This document shows positions 50,600-62,167 of a stretch of 64,000 nucleotides of DNA, one piece after another. The position numbers and the translations under genes are program-made. Location of the stretch: assembly GCA_002470825.1 (NCBI GenBank), contig DKOR01000018.1:120482-184481 (forward strand). Direction: 5' to 3'. The notes beneath the pieces are model-generated. The model was not told the DNA's origin. It saw only the letters and a program-made list of their open reading frames with translations, and ran no database searches. Every line of letters begins with the position of its first letter. Position 1 is the first letter of the stretch. The DNA comes from Thiotrichaceae bacterium UBA7357. GTDB lineage: Bacteria > Pseudomonadota > Gammaproteobacteria > Eutrophobiales > Eutrophobiaceae.

Positions 50600-51675
50600 C
50601 ACGACCATCAAGGGTTGTTATTGATAAAGAGGCGCTTAAACATAACTTCCTAAGAGTCCGTGAGCTCGCTCCAGGTTCAAAAATTATGGCAATCATTAAG
50701 GCAGATGCCTATGGTCATGGTTTAGTCAGAGTTGCAAATACACTCGGTGATGCAGATGCATTTGGCGTTGCCTTCCTCGAAGAAGCCGAAGAGTTAAGAT
50801 CTGCGTCGATTACAAACACTATAGTCTTGCTTGAAGGACCGCACAAAGCTGTTGACTTAGCATCAATCGTTCAATTACAACTCGAAATAGTGGTTCATAA
50901 CGAATACCAATTAGATATTTTAGAGCAAGCAATCCTAGATGAACCACTTCAAGTGTGGATAAAAATTGATACAGGAATGCATCGTTTAGGTTTCCCATTA
51001 GAGGATATAAATAATATTTTAAAACGTGTTGCACAATGCAAAAATATCAAACCTTCCTTTCGACTAATGACTCATCTAGCGACCGCTAATGAACAGGATA
51101 ATCCATTGACACGACACCAATTGGAAAATTTTAAACAAGCTTGTACTAGTATGAAACTAGAAAAATCGGTCGCGAATTCTGCAGCTGTTATAGGCTTTTC
51201 AGAAACACATGCAGATTGGAATAGACCCGGGCTAATGCTCTATGGTGTATCTCCGTTGACCGATAGAGATGGGAATGAATTGGAGTTAAAACCGGTTATG
51301 ACATTAGAGTCAGAATTAATATCAATTCAAAAATTAAAAAAAGGTGAGCCTGTTGGTTATGGGGCAACTTGGCATTGTCCGGAGAACATGCCAGTCGGTG
51401 TTGTTGCTGCTGGTTATGGTGATGGGTTCCCTCGCCATGCCAAGTCTGGGACACCAATACTTGTCAATGATGTACGTTGTGCGTTGATAGGTCGAGCCTC
51501 AATGGATATGTTGACTGTCGATCTTAGAAATCAACCGCAGGCTAAAATTGGCGACAGGGTTGTTTTATGGGGAGAGTCATTACCTGTTGAAGAAATTGCT
51601 CGGTGTGCTGATACCATACCCTATGAATTATTATGCGGTGTGCATAAACGATTAAAATTTGTTGAACGTGGCTAA
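50596..51675 (+). CDS. alr: Alanine racemase
   Basis: 359 aa with PLP-Lys AIIKADAYGHG. Overlaps the dnaB stop; dnaB-alr synteny as in E. coli. Confidence 0.9.
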   Translation: MTRPSRVVIDKEALKHNFLRVRELAPGSKIMAIIKADAYGHGLVRVANTLGDADAFGVAFLEEAEELRSASITNTIVLLEGPHKAVDLASIVQLQLEIVVHNEYQLDILEQAILDEPLQVWIKIDTGMHRLGFPLEDINNILKRVAQCKNIKPSFRLMTHLATANEQDNPLTRHQLENFKQACTSMKLEKSVANSAAVIGFSETHADWNRPGLMLYGVSPLTDRDGNELELKPVMTLESELISIQKLKKGEPVGYGATWHCPENMPVGVVAAGYGDGFPRHAKSGTPILVNDVRCALIGRASMDMLTVDLRNQPQAKIGDRVVLWGESLPVEEIARCADTIPYELLCGVHKRLKFVERG

Positions 51676-53041
51676 AGCAAAAATAAAATTTTATTGTAAT
51701 AAATGTGGATCAGAAACACCGAAGTGGGCTGGTCAATGTCCGGAGTGTATGGCTTGGAATACACTTCAGGAAAGCGTAGTTGAAAAAATACTTGTATCTA
51801 GTTCTAGTCGTTTTCGTGAACACCTCACAGGTCCATCAGAAGTTTGTTCTCTTAATTCTGTAGAAATGGCGCAGACACCAAGACAGGCAACTGGGTTAGT
51901 GGAATTAGATCGTGTTATGGGTGGTGGTCTTGTAAATGGTTCTGTTACATTAATTGGTGGTGACCCAGGAATCGGTAAGTCAACCTTACTATTACAGACA
52001 TTAGCTTGTTTAGACAGCGCTTCTGGTGTGCCAAGTTTATATGTAACAGGTGAAGAATCTGCACAACAAGTTGGGCTGCGTGGTAAACGGCTAGGATTAT
52101 CTTTAGGGCCATTACGAATTTTGACTGAGAACTATCTTGAGCGAATTTTGAATGTCGCGAGTAAAGAAAAAGCAAAAGTGATCGTTATAGATTCGATTCA
52201 AACTGTTTACAGTGACATTTTACAATCCGCGCCAGGGTCAGTCGCACAAGTAAGAGAATGTGCTGCACAATTGGTTCGATTTGCAAAACATACAAACACA
52301 GCATTGTTTCTTGTTGGTCATGTTACTAAAGAGGGTACATTAGCAGGACCAAGAGTATTGGAACACATGGTCGATACGGTTCTTTATTTTGAAGGTGATA
52401 GCAGTAGTCGTTATCGAGTTGTCCGAACAGTTAAAAATCGTTATGGAGCGGTAAATGAATTAGGTATATTTGATATGACCGATAAAGGACTTAGAGAAGT
52501 CTCTAATCCTTCTGCTATATTTTTATCACGTCATGACGAACAAGTTTCAGGAAGTGCCATTATGGTCACTCGCGAGGGTACTCGACCGATGTTAGTTGAA
52601 GTTCAAGCGTTGGTTGACCAATCACATCTGGGCAATCCTCGTCGTGTTGCGCTTGGACTTGAACAAAATAGATTGGCCATGTTGCTGGCCGTATTACATC
52701 GTCATATTGGAATATCAATGAGTGATCAGGATGTGTTTATTAATGTTGTTGGTGGTGTACGTATCGCCGAGACAGCGGCAGACTTACCTTTATTATTAGC
52801 AATAATTTCAAGTTTTAAAAACAAACCTCTTCCAAAAGATATGGTGATGTTTGGCGAAATAGGATTGTCTGGTGAGATTCGGCCAGTCCAAAATGGGGTA
52901 GAACGTTTGAATGAAGCTGCAAAACATGGATTTAAACAATCACTAATTCCTATCGCAAACAAGCCAAAAATTCTTGTACGAAATATGGAAATTCAAACAG
53001 CAACTCATGTTTCGCAAGTGGTTAAGTTATTAGACTTTTAA
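51668..53041 (+). CDS. radA: DNA repair protein RadA (Sms)
   Basis: C4 zinc finger CNKCGSE..CPEC, Walker A GDPGIGKST, KNRYG motif and a Lon-like C-terminus. GTG start at 51668 gives MAKAK...; the track ORF begins at a TTG at 51659. Confidence 0.9.
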   Translation: MAKAKIKFYCNKCGSETPKWAGQCPECMAWNTLQESVVEKILVSSSSRFREHLTGPSEVCSLNSVEMAQTPRQATGLVELDRVMGGGLVNGSVTLIGGDPGIGKSTLLLQTLACLDSASGVPSLYVTGEESAQQVGLRGKRLGLSLGPLRILTENYLERILNVASKEKAKVIVIDSIQTVYSDILQSAPGSVAQVRECAAQLVRFAKHTNTALFLVGHVTKEGTLAGPRVLEHMVDTVLYFEGDSSSRYRVVRTVKNRYGAVNELGIFDMTDKGLREVSNPSAIFLSRHDEQVSGSAIMVTREGTRPMLVEVQALVDQSHLGNPRRVALGLEQNRLAMLLAVLHRHIGISMSDQDVFINVVGGVRIAETAADLPLLLAIISSFKNKPLPKDMVMFGEIGLSGEIRPVQNGVERLNEAAKHGFKQSLIPIANKPKILVRNMEIQTATHVSQVVKLLDF

Positions 53042-53155
53042 ATTTAAAATAAAAATGTACTGTTCTATTCATTTAGTATTTTTAAATGTTATCAATATGT
53101 AGATACCACCTTTTATAATAAAGATTATTAAATTATGCATCATTATCTAGTGATT

Positions 53156-53181
53156 AAAAAAGAGACATCGCCTCGTTTTTT
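53156..53181. terminator. Possible bidirectional intrinsic terminator between convergent radA and yfjD
   Basis: AAAAAAGAG-ACATCGC-CTCGTTTTTT: an A-tract, a short imperfect stem and a T-tract. Weak. Confidence 0.2.
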
Positions 53182-53294
53182 GCTGAGTGTCAAATACAAT
53201 ATGGTTTAATTGACGTCTATCCGGTAAGTGGCAAAACCTGATATTCCTGTATGGCTTATGTACTTGCAACGTATGAAAATATAATCTTGGACTG

Positions 53295-54584
53295 TTAAAT
53301 TTCAGGTGCAATACTTTCTGTGCTCTCTTCAAGTAGCTTTATGCGTGCCATTTTCACAGAGTTTTCGGAAACTTGTGTAACTTCTACAAGATAATTGTCT
53401 ACTTTCAATGTGGTTCCTGATTCAGGTATAAATTCCAGATGCTCTAATAAAAATCCATTTAAAGTTTTCGGTCCATTAGTTGGAAGCTTCCACTGTAATT
53501 GACGATTTATCTCTCGAAGGTGAACAGAACAATCAATCAGATAAGAACCATCTTCTTGATTTTGAATATCAAGATTATGAGTTTGCATATCTGTCGTAAA
53601 TTCACCGACAATTTCTTCCAATATGTCTTCTAGTGTCACTAAACCCTGAATAACACCATACTCATCAACAACTATTCCAAAGCGACCTTTGTTGTGTTGG
53701 AAATTCGACATCTGGGTATGAAGAGGCGTACCTTTGGGAACAAAATAGCTATCGATAAGAATGTTTCTTATGACCTCATACGTAAGCTCATTTTTTTCCG
53801 ACAGGAGTCGGGCAACGTGGCGGAGGTGAATCACCCCGATAATATTATCGATACTAGACTGATACACCGGTAAGCGAGTATGTTGACAATGACTTATCTG
53901 ATCAATTATTTCATTTATAGATTCGTCTAGATCTATCGCCACCATCTCATTTCTAGGAACCATAATGTCATCAACTGTAACATTTTCTAGTTCTAGTATA
54001 TTAATCAACATACGTCGATGACGTTGTGGAATCAAGTGCCCGGCTTCCAAAACAATAGTCCTTAATTCTTCTCTTGAAAGGTAGTCAGCCTTTTGATCAT
54101 TTAAGGTTATTCCGATGAAACCTAATAAGCCATTTGAGACCCAGTTTACCAGCCAAACTGCTGGGTATGCTAATTTCATCATAGGTGCCAAGACGTAGCT
54201 TGCTGGGAATGCAATCAACTCTGGTTTCAGCGCAGCAATTGTTTTTGGCATAACTTCAGCAAAGATTAAAAACACCATCACTAAGACAACGGGAGCTATC
54301 GCGACACCTAGATCACCCAACAAACGTATTCCAATTAGCGTTGCTATCGATGCAGCCATAAAATTAACCAGATTATTTCCTAAAAGAATGAGACCAATTA
54401 GACGGTCAGGTCTTGAAAGCAGATTCTCAGAAATAATTGCGCTTCGCATTCCTCCTTTTGCTAAATGACGTAAGCGATAACGATTCAAGGCTATCATGGC
54501 AGTCTCTGAGCTCGAAAAAAATGCAGAAAAAATAACTAAGCAGAATAGGATTCCTAATAGAATCGATATCGGAATGTCGTCCAA
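53295..54584 (-). CDS. yfjD: CNNM/CorC-HlyC family transporter (DUF21 + CBS pair + CorC_HlyC)
   Basis: 429 aa with an N-terminal 4-TM DUF21 domain, a CBS pair and a C-terminal transporter-associated domain. Confidence 0.85.
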   Translation of the reverse strand: MDDIPISILLGILFCLVIFSAFFSSSETAMIALNRYRLRHLAKGGMRSAIISENLLSRPDRLIGLILLGNNLVNFMAASIATLIGIRLLGDLGVAIAPVVLVMVFLIFAEVMPKTIAALKPELIAFPASYVLAPMMKLAYPAVWLVNWVSNGLLGFIGITLNDQKADYLSREELRTIVLEAGHLIPQRHRRMLINILELENVTVDDIMVPRNEMVAIDLDESINEIIDQISHCQHTRLPVYQSSIDNIIGVIHLRHVARLLSEKNELTYEVIRNILIDSYFVPKGTPLHTQMSNFQHNKGRFGIVVDEYGVIQGLVTLEDILEEIVGEFTTDMQTHNLDIQNQEDGSYLIDCSVHLREINRQLQWKLPTNGPKTLNGFLLEHLEFIPESGTTLKVDNYLVEVTQVSENSVKMARIKLLEESTESIAPEI

Positions 54585-54669
54585 GAAATAATGACCTCAA
54601 TTATTAGAAGTGTGTATTGTGATGGATCACCCGGTACCTATGTCAAGTGATTGCTTTAATTATATGGGC

Positions 54670-55476
54670 TTAGAGACGTTGTAAAATAACTTCAAGAACA
54701 AATTTTGAACCGAGATAAGCGAGTAACAATGCCGTAAAACCACCTAAGGCCCAACGAATTATCTTTTTCCCACGCCAACCGGCCGACCACCTTCCCCAGA
54801 GTAAGGTGGCATAAATGAACCACGCCATAATAGATAGTATCGTTTTATGTGCCAAATGTTGTCTGAATATGTCATCTATAAACATCGTTCCAGACACAAG
54901 ACTGAGACTCAACATGAAAAAACCGATAATAATGATTTGTATTAGCAGAGCTTCCATTATTTGTAGAGGAGGCAGTTTACTCATAACAATGAAGGCACGT
55001 TTTTCTTTAATTAGTTTTTCCTGTAAAGCTAGCATAAGAGCCTGAATAGCACTGATCATTAGTAAACTGTATGCGCAGATAGATAATAAGATGTGAATGC
55101 GCAAACCTATTGATAAAGACTCACTTAGAAGTCGTCCATCCAAGACAAAAAGCTCAAGTAAGATGGCTGAGCCAGCAATTGGGAAAAGTATAAGGAGTAG
55201 GTTTTCCAATGGACGGAATAATGAAGTGATTAGTACTATGGATGTAACCAGCCAACTGATCAATGAAACCGCATTGAAGAATCCAAAATCAAAGCCACTA
55301 TCTAAAACAATTGACTGATACAATAAATGACCATGCAGAATGATTCCAGTAAAACCGATTATTAGGGATACAATCCGCGTCTTTTTAGAAACACTTGATG
55401 AGCCAAATATTTTAATGCCTAACAGGCATGTGCATATTATGTATGATATTACAGCTGCAATAGTTTGAATAATCAT
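54670..55476 (-). CDS. ypjD: Cytochrome c assembly (CcsA-like) family inner membrane protein YpjD
   Basis: 268 aa, polytopic, with a W-rich C-terminus (WGRWSAGWRGKKIIRWALGGFTALLLAYLGSKFVLEVIL). Divergent from ffh as in E. coli. Confidence 0.8.
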   Translation of the reverse strand: MIIQTIAAVISYIICTCLLGIKIFGSSSVSKKTRIVSLIIGFTGIILHGHLLYQSIVLDSGFDFGFFNAVSLISWLVTSIVLITSLFRPLENLLLILFPIAGSAILLELFVLDGRLLSESLSIGLRIHILLSICAYSLLMISAIQALMLALQEKLIKEKRAFIVMSKLPPLQIMEALLIQIIIIGFFMLSLSLVSGTMFIDDIFRQHLAHKTILSIMAWFIYATLLWGRWSAGWRGKKIIRWALGGFTALLLAYLGSKFVLEVILQRL

Positions 55477-55639
55477 AGTTTAAAATTTACCATATTCATC
55501 TTTAGATGATTGCATATTCTGACAGTCTGTAAAAGTGTTGTTTCTGCCATAAACAGGCTAATAATTTTCAAGTAATAGGATTAATAAGTTAGAATAACGA
55601 AATATTCAACTAATTTTAAATTGACGAATTCAGAACACT

Positions 55640-57007
55640 ATGTTTGACGCCCTATCAGATAAATTAACCCGAATTTTTAGGGACCTGCGTGGCCATGGTC
55701 GATTAAGCGAAGATAATATTAGTGATGGTTTACGTGAAGTGCGTATGGCTCTACTTGAAGCTGATGTCGCTTTACCGGTTGTGCTTGAATTCATTCAGCA
55801 TGTCCGTGATCGATCATTGGACAAAGAAGTTGTCAGTAGCCTCACTCCGGGACAGGCACTGATTAAAATCGTTAATGAAGAGTTGATTTCTCTAATGGGA
55901 GGAAGCAACGAACCGCTAAATCTGAAAGTACAACCTCCCGCTGTTATTCTTCTGGCTGGATTGCAAGGAGCAGGTAAAACGACTACTACTGCAAAATTAG
56001 GTCGTTGGATTCAACACAAAGAGAATAAAAAGGTTGCTGTTGTCAGTTGCGATGTATATCGACCAGCGGCTATTAAGCAATTACAAACGTTAGCGAATGA
56101 AAATAACCTGGTCTGGATTGAAAGTAAAGAAACTGAAGAACCTATTAAAATAGTGGCAAATGCGGTTGATACTGCTCGACGTCAGTTGATAGAGGTACTT
56201 ATTGTTGATAGTGCGGGTAGATTGCATATTGATGATAAGATGATGCGAGAAATCAAAGCTGTCCATGATGAAATAATGCCTGTTGAAACATTGTTTGTTA
56301 TCGATAGCATGATGGGACAAGATGCTATTAATGCTGCTGCAGCATTTAATAATACATTGCCATTAACAGGCACGATTTTGACCAAGACTGATGGTGATGC
56401 ACGTGGTGGAGCGGCATTAACTGTTAAGCATGTTACTGGTAAACCAATTAAATTCATTGGTATCGGTGAAAAAATTGATGCATTAGCTCCGTTTCATCCA
56501 GAACGTATTGCTTCTCGAATATTAGGAATGGGCGATATCCTAAGTCTAATTGAAGAAGTAGAGGAAAAAACAGATCAAAAACAAGCCTTAAAATTAGCGA
56601 AGAAACTTAAAACAGGAAAAGGCTTTAACTTGGAAGATTTTCGTCAGCAGTTATCACAAATGAGGAGTATGGGAGGTGTTGCGGGGTTGATAGATAAAAT
56701 ACCTGGGATGTCACAACTATCAGCAGGTGCAGCAACACAGGTGAATGATAAGGATTTTGTAAAACTAGGCGCGATTATTGATTCTATGACGCGTAAGGAA
56801 CGGGTAGACATCACTATAATTAATGGGTCACGTAAGAAACGAATTGCTAGCGGCTCGGGAACACAAATTCAAGATATCAATAAATTATTAAAACAATTTA
56901 AACAAATGCAAAAGATGATGAAAAAAATGACTGGTAAAGGAGGCATGGCTAAGTTCTTACGTGAAATGAGAGGCAATATGCCGCCAGCAGGGATACCATT
57001 TAAGTAA
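55640..57007 (+). CDS. ffh: Signal recognition particle protein Ffh
   Basis: 455 aa with an NG domain (GLQGAGKTTT, DSAGR, TKTDGDARGG) and a Met-rich M domain. Confidence 0.95.
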   Translation: MFDALSDKLTRIFRDLRGHGRLSEDNISDGLREVRMALLEADVALPVVLEFIQHVRDRSLDKEVVSSLTPGQALIKIVNEELISLMGGSNEPLNLKVQPPAVILLAGLQGAGKTTTTAKLGRWIQHKENKKVAVVSCDVYRPAAIKQLQTLANENNLVWIESKETEEPIKIVANAVDTARRQLIEVLIVDSAGRLHIDDKMMREIKAVHDEIMPVETLFVIDSMMGQDAINAAAAFNNTLPLTGTILTKTDGDARGGAALTVKHVTGKPIKFIGIGEKIDALAPFHPERIASRILGMGDILSLIEEVEEKTDQKQALKLAKKLKTGKGFNLEDFRQQLSQMRSMGGVAGLIDKIPGMSQLSAGAATQVNDKDFVKLGAIIDSMTRKERVDITIINGSRKKRIASGSGTQIQDINKLLKQFKQMQKMMKKMTGKGGMAKFLREMRGNMPPAGIPFK

Positions 57008-57009
57008 TA

Positions 57010-59259
57010 ATGTCAGACGAAACAGAAAAGTCCGCTCTAGATTATCATCGCTTTCCCAAACCAGGGAAGATAGAAATATCCGCAACTAAACCATTAGCAA
57101 ACCAACGTGATTTAGCTTTGGCTTATAGTCCTGGTGTGGCTGAGCCATGCAAGGCTATCGTAACGGAAAGCCGTATGGTTGCTGAATTAACTGCACGCTC
57201 AAACCTTGTTGCTGTTGTCACAAATGGTACGGCTGTTTTAGGTTTGGGTGATATTGGACCTTTAGCAGCAAAACCAGTGATGGAAGGAAAGGCGGTACTA
57301 TTTAAAAAATTTGCTGGTATCGATGTCTTTGATCTTGAAATTGATGAAAAAGATCCAGATAAGCTTATTGATATTATTGCCAGTCTAGAACCTACTTTTG
57401 GTGGCATAAATCTTGAAGATATACGTTCGCCAGAATGCTTTTTGGTTGAAGGTAAATTGCGAAAACGATTAAATATCCCTGTTTTTCATGATGATCAACA
57501 CGGTACGGCCATTATAGTTGCAGCTGGAATTATTAATGCATTAGAAATTGTTGATAAACATATTTCTAAAGTTAAGTTAGTCACAACTGGAGCTGGTGCA
57601 GCAGGTATCGCTTGTCTTAAGTTGCTCGTTAAGTTAGGCATGAAAAAAGATAATATTATTGCCGTTGACCATGTTGGCGTAATTTATAAATCGAGACGTA
57701 CTGAACAAACACCACACAAACGCATCTTTGCAAGTAATACTAAGTTAAGAACTCTGACTGATGTGATGAAAGATGCAGATATTTTCCTTGGATTATCAGC
57801 TCCTGGTATTTTAAAACAGGAGATGGTGAGAAGTATGGCAGATAATCCCATCATATTTGCTTTGGCGAATCCTATTCCAGAAATACTGCCTGAAGAGATT
57901 AAGGCGGTTCGAGATGATGCTATCATTGCTACGGGCAGGTCAGATTACCCTAATCAGGTTAATAATGTGCTGTGCTTTCCCTTTATATTCCGTGGTGCTC
58001 TTGATGTGGTTGCTACGACAATCAACGATGCGATGAAGATTGCTACGGTGAATGCTTTAGCAAATATGGTCAAAGAGGAAACACCTGAATCTGTTATTTC
58101 AGTTTATGGTGGAGAAGAGTTTAAATTTGGTCGAGATTATTTAATTCCAAAGCCTTTCGATCCAAGATTGATTGTTAAGCTCGCCCCTGCAATAGCACAG
58201 GCAGCGATGGACAGTGGTGTTGCGACACGACCGATTGAAAATATGGAAGTTTATCGTCAGCATTTATCGAAATATGTGTTTGAGTCAATTATTTTAATGA
58301 AGCCACTGTTTGAGAGAGCAAAAAATGATCCTAAGCGACTGGTTTATACAGAAGGTGAACAAACAAAAATTTTACATAGTGTTCAGTCAGTGTTTGATGA
58401 AGGTTTGGCTAAACCCATTCTTATAGGTGATCCATATATAATAGAAAATAGAATCAAAGACATGGGTCTTCGTATCAGACCGAATGTTGATATAGAGATT
58501 ATCGAGCCTAGTGCGTATATGAAAAACATGAATATTAATCATGGTAGCATGACAGAGATTAACACCTGTGTGGCTACTAGAATGATAAGGCAAGGAGAAG
58601 CTGATTCTATGATTTGTGGGACGGATGGCCATTTTCATGGCCATCTTGCACACGTCATAAAAGAATTAGGACTTAACGAAGAATATAATCAAGCAGCAGC
58701 AATTAATGTGTTGTTGCTTAAAAAAGGTGCATATTTTATTTGTGATACGGCCGTAACTGCCAACCCTACGGCAGAACAAATTGCAAACAACACTATGTTA
58801 GCCGCAAAAGCTGTGCAGCGCTTTGGATTGATACCAAAAGTTGCTTTATTGTCTTTTTCAAATGGAGATGATATTGATTCAGAAACAAATCAGAAGATGA
58901 TTGCGGCAATGAATATACTTCATAAGCAGAATTCTGATTTAGAAGTGCAGGGACCAATCAGGGCAGATGCAGCGTTGCTGAAAGATATACGTCGACGTGT
59001 GTTGCCGTATTCAAAACTGGTTGAAAATGCAAATCTGCTAATTATGCCCAATCTCGATGCTGCAAAGATTGCATATGATATGGTCAAGGTTTTAGGTGAG
59101 GCGGTATCGATTGGTCCAATTTTGGTCGGGCTTAATCATCCTGTACATGTACTAACACCGTCATCAACGGTACGTCGAATAGTCAATGCTAGCGCTATTG
59201 CTGTTATTGATGCACAGATAAAGGCGAATGAGTCGGAGTCTTTATTAAAAGCATTTTAA
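57010..59259 (+). CDS. maeB: NADP-dependent malic enzyme (malic enzyme + PTA-like domain)
   Basis: 749 aa with an N-terminal malic enzyme domain ([15 protein letters not shown]) and a C-terminal phosphate-acetyltransferase-like domain. Confidence 0.95.
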   Translation: MSDETEKSALDYHRFPKPGKIEISATKPLANQRDLALAYSPGVAEPCKAIVTESRMVAELTARSNLVAVVTNGTAVLGLGDIGPLAAKPVMEGKAVLFKKFAGIDVFDLEIDEKDPDKLIDIIASLEPTFGGINLEDIRSPECFLVEGKLRKRLNIPVFHDDQHGTAIIVAAGIINALEIVDKHISKVKLVTTGAGAAGIACLKLLVKLGMKKDNIIAVDHVGVIYKSRRTEQTPHKRIFASNTKLRTLTDVMKDADIFLGLSAPGILKQEMVRSMADNPIIFALANPIPEILPEEIKAVRDDAIIATGRSDYPNQVNNVLCFPFIFRGALDVVATTINDAMKIATVNALANMVKEETPESVISVYGGEEFKFGRDYLIPKPFDPRLIVKLAPAIAQAAMDSGVATRPIENMEVYRQHLSKYVFESIILMKPLFERAKNDPKRLVYTEGEQTKILHSVQSVFDEGLAKPILIGDPYIIENRIKDMGLRIRPNVDIEIIEPSAYMKNMNINHGSMTEINTCVATRMIRQGEADSMICGTDGHFHGHLAHVIKELGLNEEYNQAAAINVLLLKKGAYFICDTAVTANPTAEQIANNTMLAAKAVQRFGLIPKVALLSFSNGDDIDSETNQKMIAAMNILHKQNSDLEVQGPIRADAALLKDIRRRVLPYSKLVENANLLIMPNLDAAKIAYDMVKVLGEAVSIGPILVGLNHPVHVLTPSSTVRRIVNASAIAVIDAQIKANESESLLKAF

Positions 59260-59420
59260 AACGCATTTTTTCGTGTATATGTGTTATTTGTAGGTTCCAA
59301 TGTCAACAAATCAAACTTTTCTCAGGTACCGAAAGTACATCATACTTCTGTTGGAGATACTTTCCTCAGAAGGAAGTAATGAGGTACTCGAAATCATAGA
59401 ATTATCTTTTTAAATAAATG

Positions 59421-59930
59421 TCAAAATTCAAATAGTTTTCTCTCAGGTTTTAACATGAAGATTGCCAGAATAGTCGTTATAGCAATACTGCTGAAAAAAA
59501 TCAGACTCCATTCTGGAATAGACAGACCAATAAATTGCCATTGAATTTCAGCACATTCCCCAGAACCACTAAGTATCATCTTTAATGCTTGTCCAAAAGG
59601 GAACACTTCAAGCATATATTCAAGACCAGGTCCACATTCAGGAACTAACTCTGGTGGCAAATGCTGTAACCATGTTTGTCTGCCAGCAATAGCAGCACCT
59701 ATCAAGGCGAAAAAAATTAATAGAATATTGTATATGATTCGAAAGAGTCCCATAGAATTATGAATAGCACCTATAAGCGCAAGGAAAGCAATTGCTATAT
59801 AGCTGAATCGTTGAAACGCGCATAATGGACAAGTCTCGAGTCCTTTGACATGCTCTAAGTAAAAGCCAAAGCTAAGTAAAGATAGACTAATAATAAAAAG
59901 AAAGGTAAAAAATAATCTTGAAGTCAGCAT
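59421..59930 (-). CDS. dsbB: Disulfide bond formation protein B
   Basis: 169 aa with 4 TM helices, the CPLC pair in the first periplasmic loop (ETCPLCAFQR) and a second Cys pair (CGPG...CAEIQW). Confidence 0.85.
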   Translation of the reverse strand: MLTSRLFFTFLFIISLSLLSFGFYLEHVKGLETCPLCAFQRFSYIAIAFLALIGAIHNSMGLFRIIYNILLIFFALIGAAIAGRQTWLQHLPPELVPECGPGLEYMLEVFPFGQALKMILSGSGECAEIQWQFIGLSIPEWSLIFFSSIAITTILAIFMLKPERKLFEF

Positions 59931-60161
59931 AACGTTATAATTGATTTTTGGCGCAATTTTAAAAAATTATTAATATTCATGTCGCATATAATTCAATATA
60001 ATATCTCTAAGTGACTAAAAATAAAAATAAACCTTGTAATTACTAATCTATTACGTTGCTAAAAAACAACAATGATTAGTATACTTACTTATAATTTAGA
60101 ACTATATCTCGTTAAGTCTTTGTTGATTGTTATTTCTAAATATTCAAGAATTTATAGATAA

Positions 60162-61007
60162 TTATTTGAATTTTTGTTCAAAAAATTCAGCAAGTCTTTT
60201 TTCACTCCAAATTTTTGCCTTGAAAGGCGTATGTTCATAGATAAAACCAATATGACCGCCTTGCTCGGTGAGTTCTAATGTGACCTCCTTCGATAAATCA
60301 TCTTCACTAGGGAGCGCGCTTCGATTCATGAATGGGTCATCTTTGCTCTGGAGTATCAGAGTTGGAATACTTATATTTTTCATGAAGTTTTTGCAACTTG
60401 ACCTAGTGTAATAATCATCAACACTTATGAAACCGTGCAAGGGTGCTGTAACATTGTGATCGAAAGAGTAGAAATTAGTCCATTCTTTTAATTTTTTTAA
60501 ATTTATAGGTGCGGATTTCTCTTTGAATTTATTATTTATTTTTTTATTGAGACTTCTGATCAAATACCTCTGATATATTCTAGAAAATCCTGTTTCTAAT
60601 TCTTTGGCACATATGGATAAATCAAAAGGAACTGAAATTGCTATTGCTGCTGTTAATGGACAATTATTACCTTGCTCACCTAGATATTTAATTAGGACAT
60701 TACCACCGAGAGATATACCTATCGCTGCAATTTTTCTACCAGGATATCGATTTGTTAATTCTATGATAACAGAATTGATATCGCCTGTATCACCAGAATG
60801 ATAGCTTCTATCTAAACGGTTATGTCGACCGCTGCAACCACGAAAATGCATGAGTACGCCTTGCCAGCCACGATCTATAACGGTTTTTAATATGCCTTTT
60901 ACATATGACGAGTTTATAGATCCCTCAAGGCCATGAAGTAGTAGAACTATAGGAATAGTTTCTTTTTTTTCAGTCCAAACAAGATCAATGAAGTCACCAT
61001 CAGGCAA
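60162..61007 (-). CDS. yheT: Alpha/beta hydrolase, YheT family (N-terminally ambiguous start)
   Basis: 281 aa from the TTG at 61007; HGLEGS, GISLGGN and C-terminal His are present. The frame stays open another 44 codons upstream and encodes conserved YheT N-terminal sequence (..AWWCSNRHLQTLYSALFR..), but contains no ATG/GTG/TTG, so the true start is uncertain. Confidence 0.7.
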   Translation of the reverse strand: MPDGDFIDLVWTEKKETIPIVLLLHGLEGSINSSYVKGILKTVIDRGWQGVLMHFRGCSGRHNRLDRSYHSGDTGDINSVIIELTNRYPGRKIAAIGISLGGNVLIKYLGEQGNNCPLTAAIAISVPFDLSICAKELETGFSRIYQRYLIRSLNKKINNKFKEKSAPINLKKLKEWTNFYSFDHNVTAPLHGFISVDDYYTRSSCKNFMKNISIPTLILQSKDDPFMNRSALPSEDDLSKEVTLELTEQGGHIGFIYEHTPFKAKIWSEKRLAEFFEQKFK

Positions 61008-61159
61008 ATTAAATTCTTCATTGATAATATTTAAGGGAATCGATGTACGAAATAATGCTGAATACAGAGTTTGTAAATGGCGGTTAGAACACCACCATGC
61101 GGGTTTGAAATCACTTTTGATGATGTTGATTGATGAAGTACCTTAATAATTATTATTAT

Positions 61160-62158
61160 TCAATTGATAGCATAAGGTAGGTCGATAATCGTGACTCGTT
61201 GATTATTAATGATTAATTTTTCTTTTGATTTATCTAATACGATTACCGCTAGCGCGTAGCATAGACCATTAGGATGCATCGCTGAATTGATGATAGCACC
61301 AGCCTTGTTATTAGATGATTCTATAATTAGTTGTTCGCCAATAGATAACAGTTGTTTTGATTGTATCAGGCCAACTCGTTTTTTTACTTCCCCACGATAA
61401 TGCAATCGTGCAATAACTTCTTGACCAGGGTAACAACCTTTTTGATAACTTAATCCATTTAGGACATCAAGATTTAACATCTGTGGTAAGTACTGCTCCT
61501 TAGACAATGATGTCACCCATGGTAGGCCAGCAAGAATGTCTAGTATGTTCCATAGAGCACTGCTCAATATAGGCACACTCTTTTTAAATTTTGATATTTT
61601 TTTAATCAATTCTTCAGTGTTGCCGGTAATTAAGTGACGATCAGTTTTATCAGGATGACAAATAATAATTTGATTATCAAATACGTTTATTTCTCCGGGG
61701 CTTGTTGGTAAATTTTTGATTGATGAAGTAGAAGCATTACAATTAGCCATACCTACTAAAGGTGATGAGTCGGAAATATCATTTATCTTTACATTAGAAC
61801 GCATAACAAACATTAGGAGTCTTTTTTTTACAAACTCTTTTAAGTCTTCTTTGAATATCAAAAGATAAGCAGTGCCTGTATTAATAATGATAAAATTTGT
61901 GATTAACTGACCTTTAGAATTACACCACGCGGAAATTTGTGCGGCAGGAGTTTTAATAAGATTTAGATCATTGATGAATTGATTATGCAGAAATTCATGA
62001 CGATCGTTCCCACTAACTTCTAGCATTGCAAAACCCGAGAGGGGTGCGGCTAAGGGGGTTTCTGAAAGATTAATGTCTGAATTATTAAAATCGATAATAT
62101 ATTTATCTTTTGTTTTTGCAGTTTCTTGCTCTAGAAAGGCTTGCCAATTCTCTTGCAT
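61160..62158 (-). CDS. ygfZ: tRNA-modifying / Fe-S cluster repair folate-binding protein YgfZ
   Basis: 332 aa with the hallmark KGCYPGQE motif and GcvT-like fold. Confidence 0.85.
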   Translation of the reverse strand: MQENWQAFLEQETAKTKDKYIIDFNNSDINLSETPLAAPLSGFAMLEVSGNDRHEFLHNQFINDLNLIKTPAAQISAWCNSKGQLITNFIIINTGTAYLLIFKEDLKEFVKKRLLMFVMRSNVKINDISDSSPLVGMANCNASTSSIKNLPTSPGEINVFDNQIIICHPDKTDRHLITGNTEELIKKISKFKKSVPILSSALWNILDILAGLPWVTSLSKEQYLPQMLNLDVLNGLSYQKGCYPGQEVIARLHYRGEVKKRVGLIQSKQLLSIGEQLIIESSNNKAGAIINSAMHPNGLCYALAVIVLDKSKEKLIINNQRVTIIDLPYAIN

Positions 62159-62167
62159 AATTGTATT

